DNA of 64,000 bases from Macrostomum lignano. Its lineage: Eukaryota. The stretch spans positions 39,274 through 103,273 of the forward strand of contig NIVC01003341.1 in assembly GCA_002269645.1 (NCBI GenBank). Direction: 5' to 3'. Every line of letters begins with the position of its first letter. Position 1 is the first letter of the stretch. The notes under the pieces were generated by a model. The model was not told where the DNA came from and ran no database searches. It worked only from the letters and a program-made list of their open reading frames with translations. Both the position numbers and the translations under genes were made by a program. Shown one piece after another: positions 1-21,189 of this stretch.

Positions 1-876
1 AGCCTCAGCTCAGTACCGGGTTGAGACACTTGGGAGGCAGTAGCCTCAGCTCAGTACCGGGTTGAGACACTTGGGAGGCAGTAGCCTCAGCTCAGTACCG
101 GTTTGAGACACTTGGGAGACAGTCGCCTCAGCTCAGTACCGGGTTGAGGCACTTGGGAGGCAAGGGCCTCAGCTAAATATCGGGTTGAGACACTTGGGGG
201 GAGGCAGTAGCCTCAGATCAGTACCGGGTTGAGACACTTGGGAGACAGTCGCCTCAGCTCAGTACCGGGTTGAGGCACTTGGGAGGCAAGGGCCTCAGCT
301 AAATATCGGGTTGAGACACTTGGGGGGAGGCAGTAGCCTCAGATCAGTACCGGGTTGAGACACTTGGGAGACAGTCGCCTCAGCTCAGTACCGGGTTGAG
401 GCACTTGGGAGGCAAGGGCCTCAGCTAAATATCGGGTTGAGACACTTGGGAGACAGTCGCCTCAGCTCAGTACCGGGTTGAGGCACTTGGGAGGCAAGGG
501 CCTCAGCTAAATATCGGGTTGAGACACTTGGGGGGAGGCAGTAGCCTCAGATCAGTACCGGGTTGAGGCACTTGGGAGGCAAGGGCCTCAGCTAAATATC
601 GGGTTGAGACACTTGGGGGAGGCAGTAGCCTCAGATCAGTACCGGGTTGAGACACTTGGGAGACAGTCGCCTCAGCTCAGTACCGGGTTGAGGCACTTGG
701 GAGGCAAGGGCCTCAGCTAAATATCGGGTTGAGACACTTGGGGGAGGCAGTAGCCTCAGATCAGTACCGGGTTGAGGCACTTGGGAGGCAAGGGCCTCAG
801 CTAAATATCGGGTTGAGACACTTGGGGGGAGGCAGTAGCCTCAGATCAGTACCGGGTTGAGACACTTGGGAGGCAG
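1..876. repeat. ~41-bp minisatellite (AGCCTCAGCTCAGTACCGGGTTGAGACACTTGGGAGGCAGT), runs off the window start
   Basis: About 21 tandem variant units are directly visible; two or three unit variants alternate. Confidence 0.95.
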
Positions 877-1749
877 CACCCTTGTCAAGTGAATTAAAAG
901 TTTGAATTCATGACAATTAGTTGCGCTTCAACAAATTTTAAAACCGAACTTTAAAACCAAACTGTAATACCATGCTGCAGTGACCACAGATGTTTATGAT
1001 AAGTTAAAAACGATTTTAACTACAAATTGCTTCGCGAAACCGGATAAGCCACTGAACTAAACAAGTTAGACAAACAACCTTAAATGCTAATAAAACAAGC
1101 TCTCTAATAAACTATCTATAGCTCGTAGTACGAAGCGCAAAGTCAGCTGACAAGACATGACAGCGAGTTAAAGAGTCGGTGAATTCTTATAAACTATCCG
1201 CAATCGAAATTTAAATCAAAAGTGAAAGTTCCATCTTAGGCAAGCCAGCATCATGCACACGAATTGCTGCTTTGGCTTGGATTTCTATGTAAAATCATGT
1301 GACAAAACACCGGAAAATTTACTGCCCACGTAACGGAGTTTTGTTTGAACTGACAGGTAGATCGAACTTCTGCTTTAGTTAACATTCAAAGTGAACATTC
1401 CTGGTGTGACTAACCCAAAATTATTGTTATAGTGCTAAAGTACGAGCAACTACTGAAAAATAGCTACTTTCCGGATTTATCATGCATCAATGGTAAACAA
1501 TAAATATTGTACAAGTCACTAATTTGTCTCGTACATGTAAATAGCCATCCGATGAAATCTTGTTAAATGCTTTTACTCGTATATTTCAAATTATACTCGT
1601 TTATTTTTGCGTTTTGCCTGAACTTCTTTCTCTATAGTGCGTTTTGCTTGTCTGTATTAATGCTTTTGATTAAAATATTCGGAAATATGTTTCGTCGAGC
1701 TTTTCTTCCAGTAAAAGTTTCAACTACCTTAGCCCCAGTAAGCGCTTCT

Positions 1750-4378
1750 AGTAGCTTCTCCTCAGTAGCTCCTCCTCAGTAGCTTCTCTCCAATAGCTTC
1801 TCCTCAGTAGCTTCTCCTCAGTAGCTTTTCCTCAGTAGCTAGCTTCTCTCCAATAGCTTCTCCTCAGTAGCTTCTCCTCAGTAGCTAGCTTCTCTCCAAT
1901 AGCTTCTCCTCAGTAGCTTCTCCTCAGTAGCTAGCTTCTCTCCAATAGCTTCTCCTCAATGGCTTCTCCTCAGTAGCTTCTCCTCAGTAGCTTCTCCTCA
2001 GTAGCTAGCTTCTCTCCAATAGCTTCTCCTCAGTAGCTAGCTTCTCTCCAATAGCTTCTCCTCAGTAGCTTCTCCTCAGTAGCTTCTCCTCATAGCTTCT
2101 CCTCAGTAGCTTCTCCTCATAGCTTCTCCTCATAGCTTCTCCCCAGTAGCTTCTCCCTAGTAGCTTCTCCTCAGTAGCTTCTCCTCAGTAGCTTCTCCTC
2201 AGTAGCTAGCTTCTCCTTAGTAGCTTCTCCTCAGTAGCTTCTCCTCTGTAGCTGCTCCCCAGTAGCTTCTCTCAAATAGATTCTCCCCAGTAGCTCCTCC
2301 TCAGTAGCTTCTCCTCAGTAGCTTCTCCCAGTAGCTTCTCCTCAGTAGCTTCTCCTCAGTAGCTAGCTTCTCTCCAATAGCTTCTCCTCAGTAGCTTCTC
2401 CTCAGTAGCTAGCTTCTCTCCAATAGCTTCTCCTCAATGGCTTCTCCTCAGTAGCTTCTCCTCAGTAGCTTCTCCTCAGTAGCTAGCTTCTCTCCAATAG
2501 CTTCTCCTCAGTAGCTAGCTTCTCTCCAATAGCTTCTCCTCAGTAGCTTCTCCTCAGTAGCTTCTCCTCATAGCTTCTCCTCAGTAGCTTCTCCTCATAG
2601 CTTCTCCTCATAGCTTCTCCCCAGTAGCTTCTCCCTAGTAGCTTCTCCTCAGTAGCTTCTCCCCAGTAGCTTCTCCCCAGTAGCTTCTCCCCAGTAGCTT
2701 CTCCTCATTAGCTTCTCCTCAGTAGCTTCTCCTCATAGCTTCTCCCCAGTAGCTTCTCCTCATTAGCTTCTCTTTAGTAGCTTCTCCTCAGTGCTCCCCA
2801 GTAGCTTCCCCTCAATGGTTTCTCCTCAGTAGCTTCTCCTCGTAGCTTCTCCTCGTAGCTTCTCCTCAGTAGCTTTTCCTCAGTAGCTTCTCCTCATAGC
2901 TTCTCCTCATAGCTTCTCCTCAGTAGCTTCTCCTCAGTAGCTTCTCCCCAGTAGCTTCTCCTCAGTAGCTTCTCCTCAGTAGCTAGCTTCTCTCCAATAG
3001 CTTCTCCTCAGTAGCTTCTCCTCAGTAGCTAGCTTCTCTCCAATAGCTTCTCCTCAATGGCTTCTCCTCAGTAGCTTCTCCTCAGTAGCTTCTCCTCAGT
3101 AGCTAGCTTCTCTCCAATAGCTTCTCCTCAGTAGCTAGCTTCTCTCCAATAGCTTCTCCTCAGTAGCTTCTCCTCAGTAGCTTCTCCTCATAGCTTCTCC
3201 TCAGTAGCTTCTCCTCATAGCTTCTCCTCATAGCTTCTCCCAGTAGCTTCTCCCTAGTAGCTTCTCCTCAGTAGCTTCTCCTCAGTAGCTTCTCCTCAGT
3301 AGCTAGCTTCTCCTTAGTAGCTTCTCCTCAGTAGCTTCTCCTCTGTAGCTGCTCCCCAGTAGCTTCTCTCAAATAGATTCTCCCCAGTAGCTCCTCCTCA
3401 GTAGCTTCTCCTCAGTAGCTTCTCCCCAGTAGCTTCTCCTCAGTAGCTTCTCCCCAGTAGCTTCTCCCCAGTAGCTTCTCCCCAGTAGCTTCTCCTCATT
3501 AGCTTCTCCTCAGTAGCTTCTCCTCATAGCTTCTCCCCAGTAGCTTCTCCTCATTAGCTTCTCTTTAGTAGCTTCTCCTCAGTGCTCCCCAGTAGCTTCC
3601 CCTCAATGGTTTCTCCTCAGTAGCTTCTCCTCGTAGCTTCTCCTCAGTAGCTTTTCCTCAGTAGCTTCTCCTCATAGCTTCTCCTTAGTAGCTTCTCCTC
3701 AGTAGCTTCTCCCCAGTAGCTTCTCCTCAGTAGCTTCTCCTCAGTAGCTAGCTTCTCTCCAATAGCTTCTCCTCAGTAGCTTCTCCCCAGTAGCTTCTCC
3801 TCAGTAGCTTCTCCTCATTAGCTTCTCCTCATTAGCTTCTCCTCAGTAGCTTCTCTCCAATAGCTTCTCCTCAGTAGCTTCTCCTCAGTAGCTTCTTCTC
3901 ATAGCTTCTCCTCAGTAGCTTCTCCTCATAGCTTCTTCTCATAGCTTCTCGCCAGTAGCTTCTCCCTAGTAGCTTCTCCTCAGTAGCTTCTCCTCGTAGC
4001 TTCTCCTCAGTAGCTTTTCCTCAGTAGCTTCTCCTCATAGCTTCTCCTCAGTAGCTTCTCCTCAGTAGCTTCTCCCCAGTAGCTTCTCCTCAGTAGCTTC
4101 TCCCCAGTAGCTTTTCCTCAATGGCTTCTCCTCAGTAGCTTCTCCTCAGTAGCTTCTCCTCATAGCTTCTCCTCATAGCTTCTCCCCAGTAGCTTCTCCT
4201 CATAGCTTCTCCTCATAGCTTCTCCTCAGTAGCTTCTCCTCATAGCTTCTCCCCAGTAGCTTCTCCTCATAGCTTCTCCTCATAGCTTCTCCCCAGTAGC
4301 TTCTCCCCAGTAGCTTCTCCCCAGTAGCTTCTCCCCAGTAGCTTCTCCTCAGTAGCTTCTTCTCAATAGCTTGCCCCC
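1750..4378. repeat. 14-bp satellite (TAGCTTCTCCTCAG)n, ~2.6 kb, with higher-order block duplications
   Basis: The tandem unit is visible throughout. Variant blocks such as AAATAGATTCTCCCC and CAATGGTTTCTCC recur at long spacing. Confidence 0.97.
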
Positions 4379-4444
4379 AGTGTAAGGCATTGCCCTCCTG
4401 AGAATAATTATTTTCGCAACCAAATTCCAGGAAACCAGACTCAC

Positions 4445-7400
4445 AGCCGCTACTGTCGCAGCTCGCCGGAGCATAATGGTGGCACAGCCAATCACGGAGG
4501 CCACGCTGAGCAAACCGCAGACTACAGTGGTGAACAGAACCAGACGGAGAGTATCGCACGTAGTTGGCGTGCTTTGGCTTGAGCTGTTTTCTGAAATTGT
4601 TGATTTTTATTCAGCGAAATTTAGGATTAGTGTTGGGTCTTGGTTTTTGCTTTGGGGGAGGCTTTAAGGTTTAGGGGCCGTCATACTAGGGTGCCAGGGA
4701 ATTAGGACAGGTTGTTAGGTCTCGCACGCACTAGTAGTATTACGGTTTCGAAGGCATAATGCTCCGAGTGACCTACGGGGAATCATCACTTGAAGTTCGA
4801 CTTAAAGCAACTGCAATTGATAACTTTGTTTAGAGACGCCGCGAGATCCCATAACAACCCCTTCAAGAACAATGGTCCGTTGGGCAAAATATAGACTGGA
4901 TATCAAAGTTCGCGCAGAATCGCATTGAACTTTGTCGTTCTCAGATAACAGTGTTACGACCTAGGGTGCCAGTCTAAGTCTATCAACTTCTCTCATCAAG
5001 GGGGTTGTAGCCTAGTGGTCAGAGCGTCGGACTCACGACTGAAAGGTCGGGGGGTTCGATTCTCGACCCACTTGGAACGATTGGCGTCCTTGCTTGCGCA
5101 AGACACTTAACTCTGCATTGCTTCAGTTCACCCAGCTGTAAAATGGGTGCCAGCATTAGCTGGGGTAATTGAGGGTGTGTGGCGACCCCCCAGTACTTGG
5201 ACTGAACAGCCGTACGCAGCCTTCAGATGCGCCGCGCAATAGCTGCGGCTGAGCTGTCGGTTGCACATCTGGCCCGATTGAGACAGGTGTACGAGATAAG
5301 CGAATATTACTATCATTATTATTATTATTTTATTACTTTATTTGAAGCATCAGGTCCGGTTTTGAAGTTTTGAAGAGTTGAAGCGGACTATCATCCAGTA
5401 GTCATTGATATACTTTTCATTAGTCCTTGAAACTTACCCTTCCCCGCTTCCATATGATTTATTACAGCATTATGGGCATTCTCTTCGCCTCCGATAGTTT
5501 TTATCGCTGTCACTTGAAATATTTTGTCGCCATTTTGCATCTGCAGGCCAACGCAGACGATTTGCATCGTGGCCGAGTAGCTTCTGTTGGACGTCGAGAT
5601 CGTTGTTACCTGCAAGATAGCCACCAGGGATGTTTGCCTTTTTAGATCATCTTAGAAAATGGATCTAGAATCAGAGCGTCTGCAAGGTTGACTCACATTG
5701 GTGAGACTGCAGTTCACGTTTGACATTTTAGGCCGACCTTCTTGAATCTGCACTGACCATTTCAGAGCATTGGATGCTGATTGTATTGTTAGGTTGCCTT
5801 TGTCTGAAAAATCAAGTGCTTTGAATGTACAGCTTTTGAAAAAAGCTGGAAATGCGACTGATTCACTGTTCCTATAGAAGTACGAGGCGTGGAGGCGTGG
5901 GGTGTACAAAGGACCAGGGGTGTCGCCATGGATTTTATGGTGGGAGGGACAAAGCCAAGAGCTCTACATGTACATGTACATGTACTAAATTCCTCTATGT
6001 ACACTATTTTCAGAATCAGTGCTTTCAGCGATCATTTTAGCGCCACAGACACTCACTTCAGCGCCGCAGTCACTCACTTTAGCGCCGCAGGCACCATTTT
6101 AGCGCCACAGGCACTCATTTTGGCGCCACAGGCACCACTTTTGCGCCGCAGGCACCATTTTAGCGCCACAAGGCACTCACTTTTGCGCCGCAGGCACCAT
6201 TTTAGCGCCACAAGGCACTCACTTTTGCGCCGCAGGCACTATTTTAGCGCCACAAGGCACTCACTTTTGCGCCGCAGGCACCATTTTAGCGCCACAAGGC
6301 ACTCATTTTAGCGCCGCAGGCACCATTTTAGCGCCACAGGCACTCATTTTGGCGCCGCAGGCACCATTTTAGCGCCACAGGCACTCATTTTGGCGCCACA
6401 GGCACTCATTTTGGCGCCGCAGGCACTCATTTTGGCGCCACAGGCACACTCATTTTGGCGCCGCAGGCACTATGTTTGTCGCCCTGAAGCAAAATTATTA
6501 ATTGCCATAACAAGTCAACAAAGGTGGAGTGGGGGGCAAAGCATTGGCATGACCCCGGTAGCTTTTACTGGGTCCCCCCTGCCCCCCCCCCTGTGGCGAC
6601 GCCGCTGCAAAGGACTATTTTCTTTTGGGAAACACTCGTTGAGATCCAACTTCGATCTAAGCCAAAGGTCGTTTTTTTAGTTTTGTGAACAATCTACCAA
6701 GAAAGCCTCTATGTTCGCTTCGCTCCTCGGGAAACAACACTTAAAAGAATTAATCATAGATTTTTTACACTTAATTTATCACTTATTCCCTGAATCCAAC
6801 AATCCAACAATGCGAAAATGCGACAATGCGAAGTCGACTCACAAAACACAGTTGGGGTAGTTTGGCTTAAAACTCGGTTGCTATGGAGATCTGATTGGTT
6901 GGCACGGCAGGCAATTTGCCAATTTCTGTGATTCATCATCCAATGCTTCACTTGCAGTTGATGCGTGCTGGTGTTACCGATGACCTGTAGTGTAGGAGCA
7001 TAAATGTATTTGTAGGAGCAATAGTACTTCAAATTTAAAACATGATGTAATAAAATGTTGTAAATGAATAATATCGTTAAAACGTACAGAAGTTCTATTG
7101 AGCTTGGACAGAACAGTCAAATCATTCTGGACAATTTCGCACGAGTGGCCAATTGCGCTGCAATTCGGCGATGTGAGCGTAACGTTCTCAATGCCGCCCT
7201 CAAGCCAGTAGGAACTCAAGCCGAAACTTATGCTTGCCTGACAGGGCTCTAGAAATTTTAGCAGGGAATTTCTTCGCTTCATCAATAAGACAAGCTGTAA
7301 ACAAGTTGGCATGTAATATGACAAAGTGTTACGCAATCTAGCTCACCAACTATAGTTGAAGGGCTAACATGGAACGTTCTGTACAGAGTAGCAATTGACC

Positions 7401-10285
7401 AACTCATTGTTGAGCGACAGTACAACTCGCCGCCAAGCTTTGATCGGTCAGCCTTCACCAGAAACTGGGAGATGGTGGTGTAGGCAGGAAAGCCCGTTCT
7501 GGACAGAGTCACTCGGACAGACTGGATCGGGCAAGGGGAGACGATATCATGACAAGTGAGACACTCAAAACGTTATATTTGTATTACAATTGGATTATAA
7601 CTCAGAGTAGTTTGCAGTCTTTAGGTTTGAAGACTTTAGGTCTGTAGTCTCTAAAGGTTTGTAGTCTTTAGGTTTGTAGTCTTTAGGTTTTTAGTCTTTA
7701 GGTTTGTAGTCTTTAGGTTTTTAGTCTTTAGGTTTGTATTCTTTAGGTTGTAGTCTTTAGGTTTGTATTCTTTAGGTTGTAGTCTTTAGGTTTGAATTCT
7801 TTAGGTTTGTAGTCTTTAGGTTTATATTCTTTAGGTTTGTATTCTTTAGGTTTGAATTCTTTAGGCTTGTATTCTTTAGGTTTGAATTCTTTAGGTTTGT
7901 AGTCTTTAGGTTTATATTCTTTAGGTTTGTATTCTTTAGGTTTGTATTCTTTAGGTTTGTATTCTTTAGGTTTGTATTCTTTAGGTTTGTATTCTTTAGG
8001 TTTGTATTCGTTAGGTTTGTAGTCTAGGTCCTACATTCCCAAAGGAATAGTTTTTGAATATCCCAACAGTTTCAAGAAAAGTTTTGATATAAATAATGCT
8101 CAAATGGATGTCTACATAATCTTCGTGAGTGGCGTTCGTAGCAATGCTCCACAAAAGTTTCCAGTCAAAGTCAACTTGAAACGAAAGACTTAAAAGGTCA
8201 CTTCCTTGGGCTTCCAGGAAATAAAGATTGTAAATAAAGATAAATAAAACATTAATTATTACCTCATTCACTTGGTCCAAGCGTTCCCCGGCACCATTAT
8301 TTCCATATCTAAAAACGCAAGAATGATTGGAAGGCGGATACTCCTCAACGGAGGTGAAGTTGACCAGCACAGACGAGTTGACCAGCCACTTCTTTGGCAC
8401 GCTCAGTGCCGTACGCTTGGCCACGACTGAAAATGGCCGAAAAATATCGTTTCTCTTCTATCACTGAATCGATTTTGAAATACAATGAACGAAAAATTCA
8501 AACTGACACTTCACGCCGATTGTCCTGACAATAGGACAGTTGCCACGATCCGGACTGGACAGGTTTCCATAGCAACAGATTAGCTCAGAACCTTGCCACC
8601 TCATCATTGGCTTGAGCTTAAACGAAAATCTTCCTGGAAAAGCCTGTGAATGGATAGATTTGATCGATCAACTGATTAGCTTTCAGAATGGCTTAATGAG
8701 TTCTAGTATCATCGAGTTCGACACACAATAGCTACCTGCTTGGACTCAACCGCAGGGACATCAGGGCGGTCAGGGTGGGTTTGGGTCAGTTTTGCTAAGC
8801 ATTGTCACCTCCAGGGAAAATCCGTAGCGGGAAATGCGCCTCTTTGGCGTCGCGAATGCAGAGCCCTTAATTTGTGAACCTCTGGCCCCAAACCGGGACA
8901 CCTCTCAGACGTTTTCACTACCCAAGGGCTACCGGGCAAACGACCATCCACCTCCTGCCTGGACTCTCCAGGGTCTCCGGATGCCCGGAACCCCTGCAGC
9001 TGAGTCTAGAAAGTCAAGTCACATAATAGCTACAAACACAGGTTCTTACCCGTTCTCTGACAACGACAACCCTCCTCAAATTCAATGGATTGCGACGAAC
9101 AAAGCATGAAACAGATAGACCTCTTGAACTTGAATCCATAAGATGGAAAGTTACAGTTTTTGCCTCCTTCAGTTTCAAAAGTGTCATTGTTGCATCGTGT
9201 GGGTCGAGTTTCAAGGTCGGTTTGTAGCCTGTGCGTTCGACCGGATCAAGATGAAATTTCAAAATAACATATTCAGTTTTGAAAAAGTTCAAATACGCTA
9301 GATTAAAAACCATTTCCTACCAGAAATATTGATTGCAGAAAAGCTGAGCTCATTTGAACTTGACAGAAGAATATAGGATATCGGTTTCTGAAAAAAAACA
9401 AGAAGGCAAACATGCTAAGAATCTATTCTAACGCATAAACAAACAGCCTCAAATATAAATAGTTATGACGTACCTGGTTAGAGCTACTAATCTGCATCCA
9501 AAATTCGCTACTGTTGAAGGCCTCCAAGCTGGCGCGGCACGGATCCTCCAGCTGCAGCTCCAGCGGGAGGCTCGAGGCTCCGACCGCTGACACGGGCGAG
9601 CCGACCGGAGCTGCTGTGTGCCACTGGTCATCTGCAACACGAGTGCTTGGCTGCTAGCTGGTCTCACACTGTCTCAGAGTGCTAATTAGATGCTAGCTGG
9701 TCTCACACTGTCTCAGAGTGCTAATTAGATGCTAGCTGGTCTCACACTGTCTCAGAGTGCTAATTAGATGCTAGCTGGTCTCACACTGTCTCAGAGTGCT
9801 AATTAGATGCTAGCTGGTCTCACACTGTCTCACACTGTGTCCCAGACTCCCTCTGCCTCATCATGCATCATGAGAATGAGTCGGTCAGCGTCACTCACCC
9901 CCGTCTCGCACGCTCACCGCCTCCAGCATCATCGGCTGCCTCAGCTGCATCACAAGCCACCGAGGCCCGGACCGCACAGCAGCAGGGAATCGGTTTGTCT
10001 CTGACTGCCGACTCTCCCACCAACAGCAGTGCGCACCGCTGGGTTGCCAGGTGCGCAGAACGTCAGCCCTGCTCAGCTTCACTGTCACTGTGAAGCGAAG
10101 ACTTCACAACTTGTACATATGAGCATCAGATACTGCATTTTTGCTAAGCTACGAGTACGAGTACAATGTGGCACAAATAGATACTCTTATTCGAAATTCT
10201 TACCGAGATTTTTAGAGCCAAAAGTGAGACCAGCTTTCCATACAGCCATTAATAACAAAATTGTTCCTAAACCTGTAGTCATCAT
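4445..10285 (-). CDS. Gene B: multi-exon type I membrane Ig-superfamily protein (signal peptide, possible discoidin-like domain, ~3 Ig-like domains, FN3-like domain, TM); last cytoplasmic exon unresolved
   Basis: Manual minus-strand exons: 10285-10204, 10087-9899, 9631-9474, 9387-9321, 9228-9050, 8643-8508, 8426-8263, 7521-7347, 7248-7088, 6984-6843, 5803-5697, 5609-5438, 4590-4445. All introns are GT-AG, phases join, and the total is 1878 nt with no stop. Signal peptide MMTTGLGTILLLMAVWKAGLTFG. Ig-like motifs FKLKPMMRWQGSELIC and SQFLVKADRSKLGGELYC. FN3-like VGLQMQNGDKIFQVTAIKTIG. TM LVLFTTVVCGLLSVASVIGCATIMLRR. Exon sizes and phases mirror gene A. If the 4444 donor is unused, the frame reads to a stop at 4349-4351. 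Confidence 0.8.
5000..5335 (+). mobile_element. tRNA-derived SINE, family 1, full length, in an intron of gene B
   Basis: Pol III A box (TAGCCTAGTGG) and B box (GGTTCGATTC). Central CAAGACACTTAAC...CACCCAGCTGTAAAATGGGT segment resembles conserved SINE core domains. (ATT)n tail. Second copy at 28760-29008. Confidence 0.85.
5915..6607. mobile_element. Non-autonomous hAT-like TIR element (MITE) with an internal ~21-bp GGCGCC tandem array
   Basis: TIRs CAGGGGTGTCGCCA / TGGCGACGCCGCTG (12/14 match). Perfect 8-bp TSD CAAAGGAC at 5907-5914 and 6608-6615. Array at ~6034-6470. Confidence 0.9.
7612..8025. repeat. 15-bp minisatellite (TTTAGGTTTGTATTC)n in gene B intron 7
   Basis: Tandem units are directly visible. 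Confidence 0.95.
9653..9830. repeat. 39-bp VNTR, ~4.5 copies, gene B intron 2
   Basis: Unit GCTAGCTGGTCTCACACTGTCTCAGAGTGCTAATTAGAT, identical to the array at 17425-18730. Confidence 0.95.
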
Positions 10286-10649
10286 CCCACTTAATTGGTG
10301 CAATAGATTTGTCGGGCTAAATTGTATAGGTGAAACTTGATAGTGCTTCATATATCATGCTGGACCAGTGCTTACCTCGAAAATACAGCGCTTAAAAGTG
10401 TAAAAGCCTTACCCACCCGATGTTTATTTTTCTGTGGCTAGAGGGTGTCCGGTCTCGTCACGTGTTCGTCAAGTCCGAACAGATGCCAACATCCTGACAG
10501 AGCGATATAGTTGCTATCTTTAGCTTATGTATAAGACTGTATTAAACGTAATGTAATGTACCCAGTTATTAAAAGTGGAATGTTGCCAGTTAATTAATAA
10601 GTTTAGTTGGCATGCGCAAGGAAATCATACTTCTTTGTGGCCTTATCAG

Positions 10650-11325
10650 TGTGGATCAGGGATGAATCGGTTTGGGTCAAGGGATGAATCAGTGTGGGTC
10701 AAGGGATGAATCAGTTTGGGTCAGGGATGAATCAGTTTGGGTCAAGGGATGAATCGGTTTGGGTCAAGGGATGAATCAGTGTGGGTCAAGGGATGAATCA
10801 GTTTGGGTCAAGGGATGAATCAGTGTGGATCAGGGATGAATCGGTTTGGGTCAAGGGATGAATCAGTGTGGGTCAAGGGATGAATCAGTTTGGGTCAAGG
10901 GATGAATCAGTGTGGGTCAGGGATGAATCAGTGTGGGTCAGGGATGAATCAGTGTGGGTCAAGGGATTAATCAGTGTGGGTCAAGGGATGAATCAGTGTG
11001 GGTCAAGGATGACTCAGTGTGGGTCAGGGATGAAACAGTTTGGGGTCAGGGATGACTCAGTGTGGGTCAGGGATGAAACAGTTTTGAGTCAGGGATAAAT
11101 TAGTTTTGGTCAGGGATGAATCAGTGTGGGTCAGGGATGAATCAGTGTGGGTCAGGGATGAATCAGTGTGGGTCAAGGATGACTCAGTGTGGGTCAGGGA
11201 TGAATCAGTGTGGGTCAAGGATGACTCAGTGTGGGTCAGGGATGAATCAGTTTTGAGTCAGGGATGAATTAGTTTTGGTCAGGGATGAATCAGTGTGGGT
11301 CAAGGATTAATCAGTGTGGGTCAGG
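10650..11325. repeat. 21-22-bp minisatellite (GGGTCAAGGGATGAATCAGTGT)n between genes A and B
   Basis: Tandem units are directly visible. Confidence 0.95.
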
Positions 11326-11575
11326 GATAGAAGCAGTGTAGAGTTAGTTGCTATGCAATAAAAGAAAAGGCCTTCAATCCATAATGATTATCTTCATTAT
11401 ATATTCTGTAATCTGTAGATAATGGAGATGGCACTCATAAAAAGAAGGTTTGAATTCGGACACCATGCTTTTCTGAGTAGTCTGCAGTAGAATTTTATAC
11501 GTTTACTTTGTCGGCCATATGCGTTTTCGCTTTCAAACTTTTCAATCGAGTGAGATTGCGGTTCTCTAAATCAGA

Positions 11576-19231
<7,656 letters not shown>

Positions 19232-19662
19232 TTGCCTTCAGTATGCCAGTAGCTGTGGGCAAGGATTAGCGAATTCGATATTTTTCTATTCAGCCAGAAT
19301 TGTTCACGACAAAGATTTTAAACATGCATGTGGAACTTTGTAAGTAAATAGTTTTTTTTCATAAATATTAACCCCGAAGTTTGAAAAATTCTGTACTTCG
19401 TTGCGCGCTATAGATTTACCATTTCCAGTCTTCGCCGTCGAACTGTTAAATTTATGAACTGCACTAGTCAACAGGTACGTTTGGTTTGCTTATTAAAAAC
19501 CTCTTTACTTGCTTCATCATTTACATGTAGCTTCTGTAAGTTATTTCGAAATTTGCAGCATTATTTTTATTATATTTAATTGCAAATTTTGATGCGACCT
19601 TCTTTTTTAACGAAATGCCTGCAAGAAGTTTGCAGTTATTTTTGGCTCACGAGATGTTCGAT

Positions 19663-20930
19663 CAGAGGCGTCGCAAGCGGGGGAAAGCTGTGGGGGACAT
19701 GCAAATCCCCCCCTCCACCCCACCTTGTGACCCGATATGGAAAGCAATAAGTTTGCTTTAGGGTGCCAAAATATAGCGCCTGCGGCGCCAAAATGAGTTC
19801 CAGCGGCGCCAAGATGAGTGTCCGTCTGCGGCGCCTAAATGAGTGTCCGTCTAGAGCGCCTAAATGAGTGTCTGTCTGGGGCGCCTAAATGAGTGCCAGC
19901 GGCGCCAAAATGAGTGTCCGTCTGGGGCGCCTAAATGAGTGTCTGTCTGGGGCGCCTAAATGAGAGCCAGCCGCGCCAAAATGCGTGTCTGTCTGGGGCG
20001 CCTAAATGAGTGTCTGTCTGGGGCGCCTAAATGAGTGTCTGTCTGGGGCGCCTAAATGAGTGTCTGTCTGGGGCGCCTAAATGAGTCCCAGCGGCGCCAA
20101 GATGAGTGTCCGTTTGCGGCGCCAAAATGAGTGCCAGCGGCGCCAAAATGAGTGTCTGTCTGCGGCGCCAAAATAAGTGTCCGTCTGCGGCGCCAAAATG
20201 AGTGCCAGCGGCGCCAAAATGAGTGTCTGTCTGAGGCGCCTAAATGAGTTCCAGTGGCGCCAAAATGAGTGTCGGTCTGCGGCGCCTAAATGATTGTCTG
20301 TCTGCGGCGCGAAAATGATTGTCCGTCTGCGGCGCCAAAATAAGTGTCCGTCTGCGGCGCCAAAATAAGTGTCCGTCTGCGGCGCCAAAATGAGTGCCAG
20401 CGGCGCCAAAATGAGTGCCAGCGGCGCCAAAATGAGTGTCTGTCTAAGGCGCCTAAATGAGTTCCAGTGGCGCCAAAATGAGTGTCCGTCTGCGGCGCCA
20501 AAATGATTGTCCGTCTGCGGCGCCAAAATAAGTGTCCGTCTGCGGCGCCAAAATAAGTGTCCGTCTGCGGCGCCAAAATGAGTGCCAGCGGCGCCAAAAT
20601 GAGTGCCAGCGGCGCCAAAATGAGTGTCTGTCTAAGGCGCCTAAATGAGTTCCAGTGGCGCCAAAATGAGTGTCCGTCTGCGGCGCCAAAATGATTGTCC
20701 GTCTGCGGCGCCAAAATAAGTGTCCGTCTGCGGCGCCAAAATGATTGTCCGTCTGCGGCTCCAAAATGATTGTCCGTCTGCGGCGCCAAAATAAGTCTGC
20801 GGCGCCAAAATAAGTGCTAAATCTCAAAGCCTGGTTCTCGAAATAATGTAAGAATCTATACTCATGTAGTTCGTAGAATTCTGACTTTCCCCCCCCCCCC
20901 ACTATAAAATCCATGGCGACACGGCCCCTG
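19663..20930. mobile_element. Second, inverted and larger copy of the satellite-carrying hAT-like MITE, upstream of gene A
   Basis: Ends CAGAGGCGTCGCA... and ...CCATGGCGACACGGCCCCTG. Imperfect 8-bp flanks TGTTCGAT/TGGTTGAT. GGCGCCAAAATGAG array at ~19770-20815 is homologous to 6034-6470. Confidence 0.8.
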
Positions 20931-21189
20931 TGGTTGATAAAAAATTATCATTGCAAAAAAATTGCAGGGGCAGCTGTCAAAAATTAAGGGCATCGATCCG
21001 TTTCACTTGACGGTTGAATAGAGTTGAATGGTTGCATGGGTGCTAGGGGGGCAACCCATTTCTAAAAATATACCGGTAGTTGACATTTGAAAGAAGTAAT
21101 TAATCATTCGAAAAGATAAGTGAGGTCCATATATTTCTATACGATCGCCAACCAATGTTTGAAGTTAGATAACTTTGGTTTCTGAGGGA

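Noticed and set aside
880-1745. Last (cytoplasmic) exon of gene B
   Set aside because: Several short phase-0 candidates exist (for example after the acceptor at ~1350), but none has supporting homology. It is left unresolved.
5001-5075. Functional tRNA gene
   Set aside because: The acceptor and anticodon stems pair poorly, and it continues into a SINE body and tail that has a second dispersed copy.
7612-8025. Interstitial telomeric repeat
   Set aside because: The unit is a 15-mer containing TTTAGG once, not tandem TTAGGG.
8011-8424. 137-aa ORF as a single coding exon
   Set aside because: Only 8426-8263 aligns with gene A exon 7. The true next exon (7521-7347) matches gene A exon 8 in sequence and phase, so the rest is intron read-through.
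20077-20914. ORFs rich in ILAPQTD
   Set aside because: They come from the internal array of the MITE. The same applies to 5889-6680.
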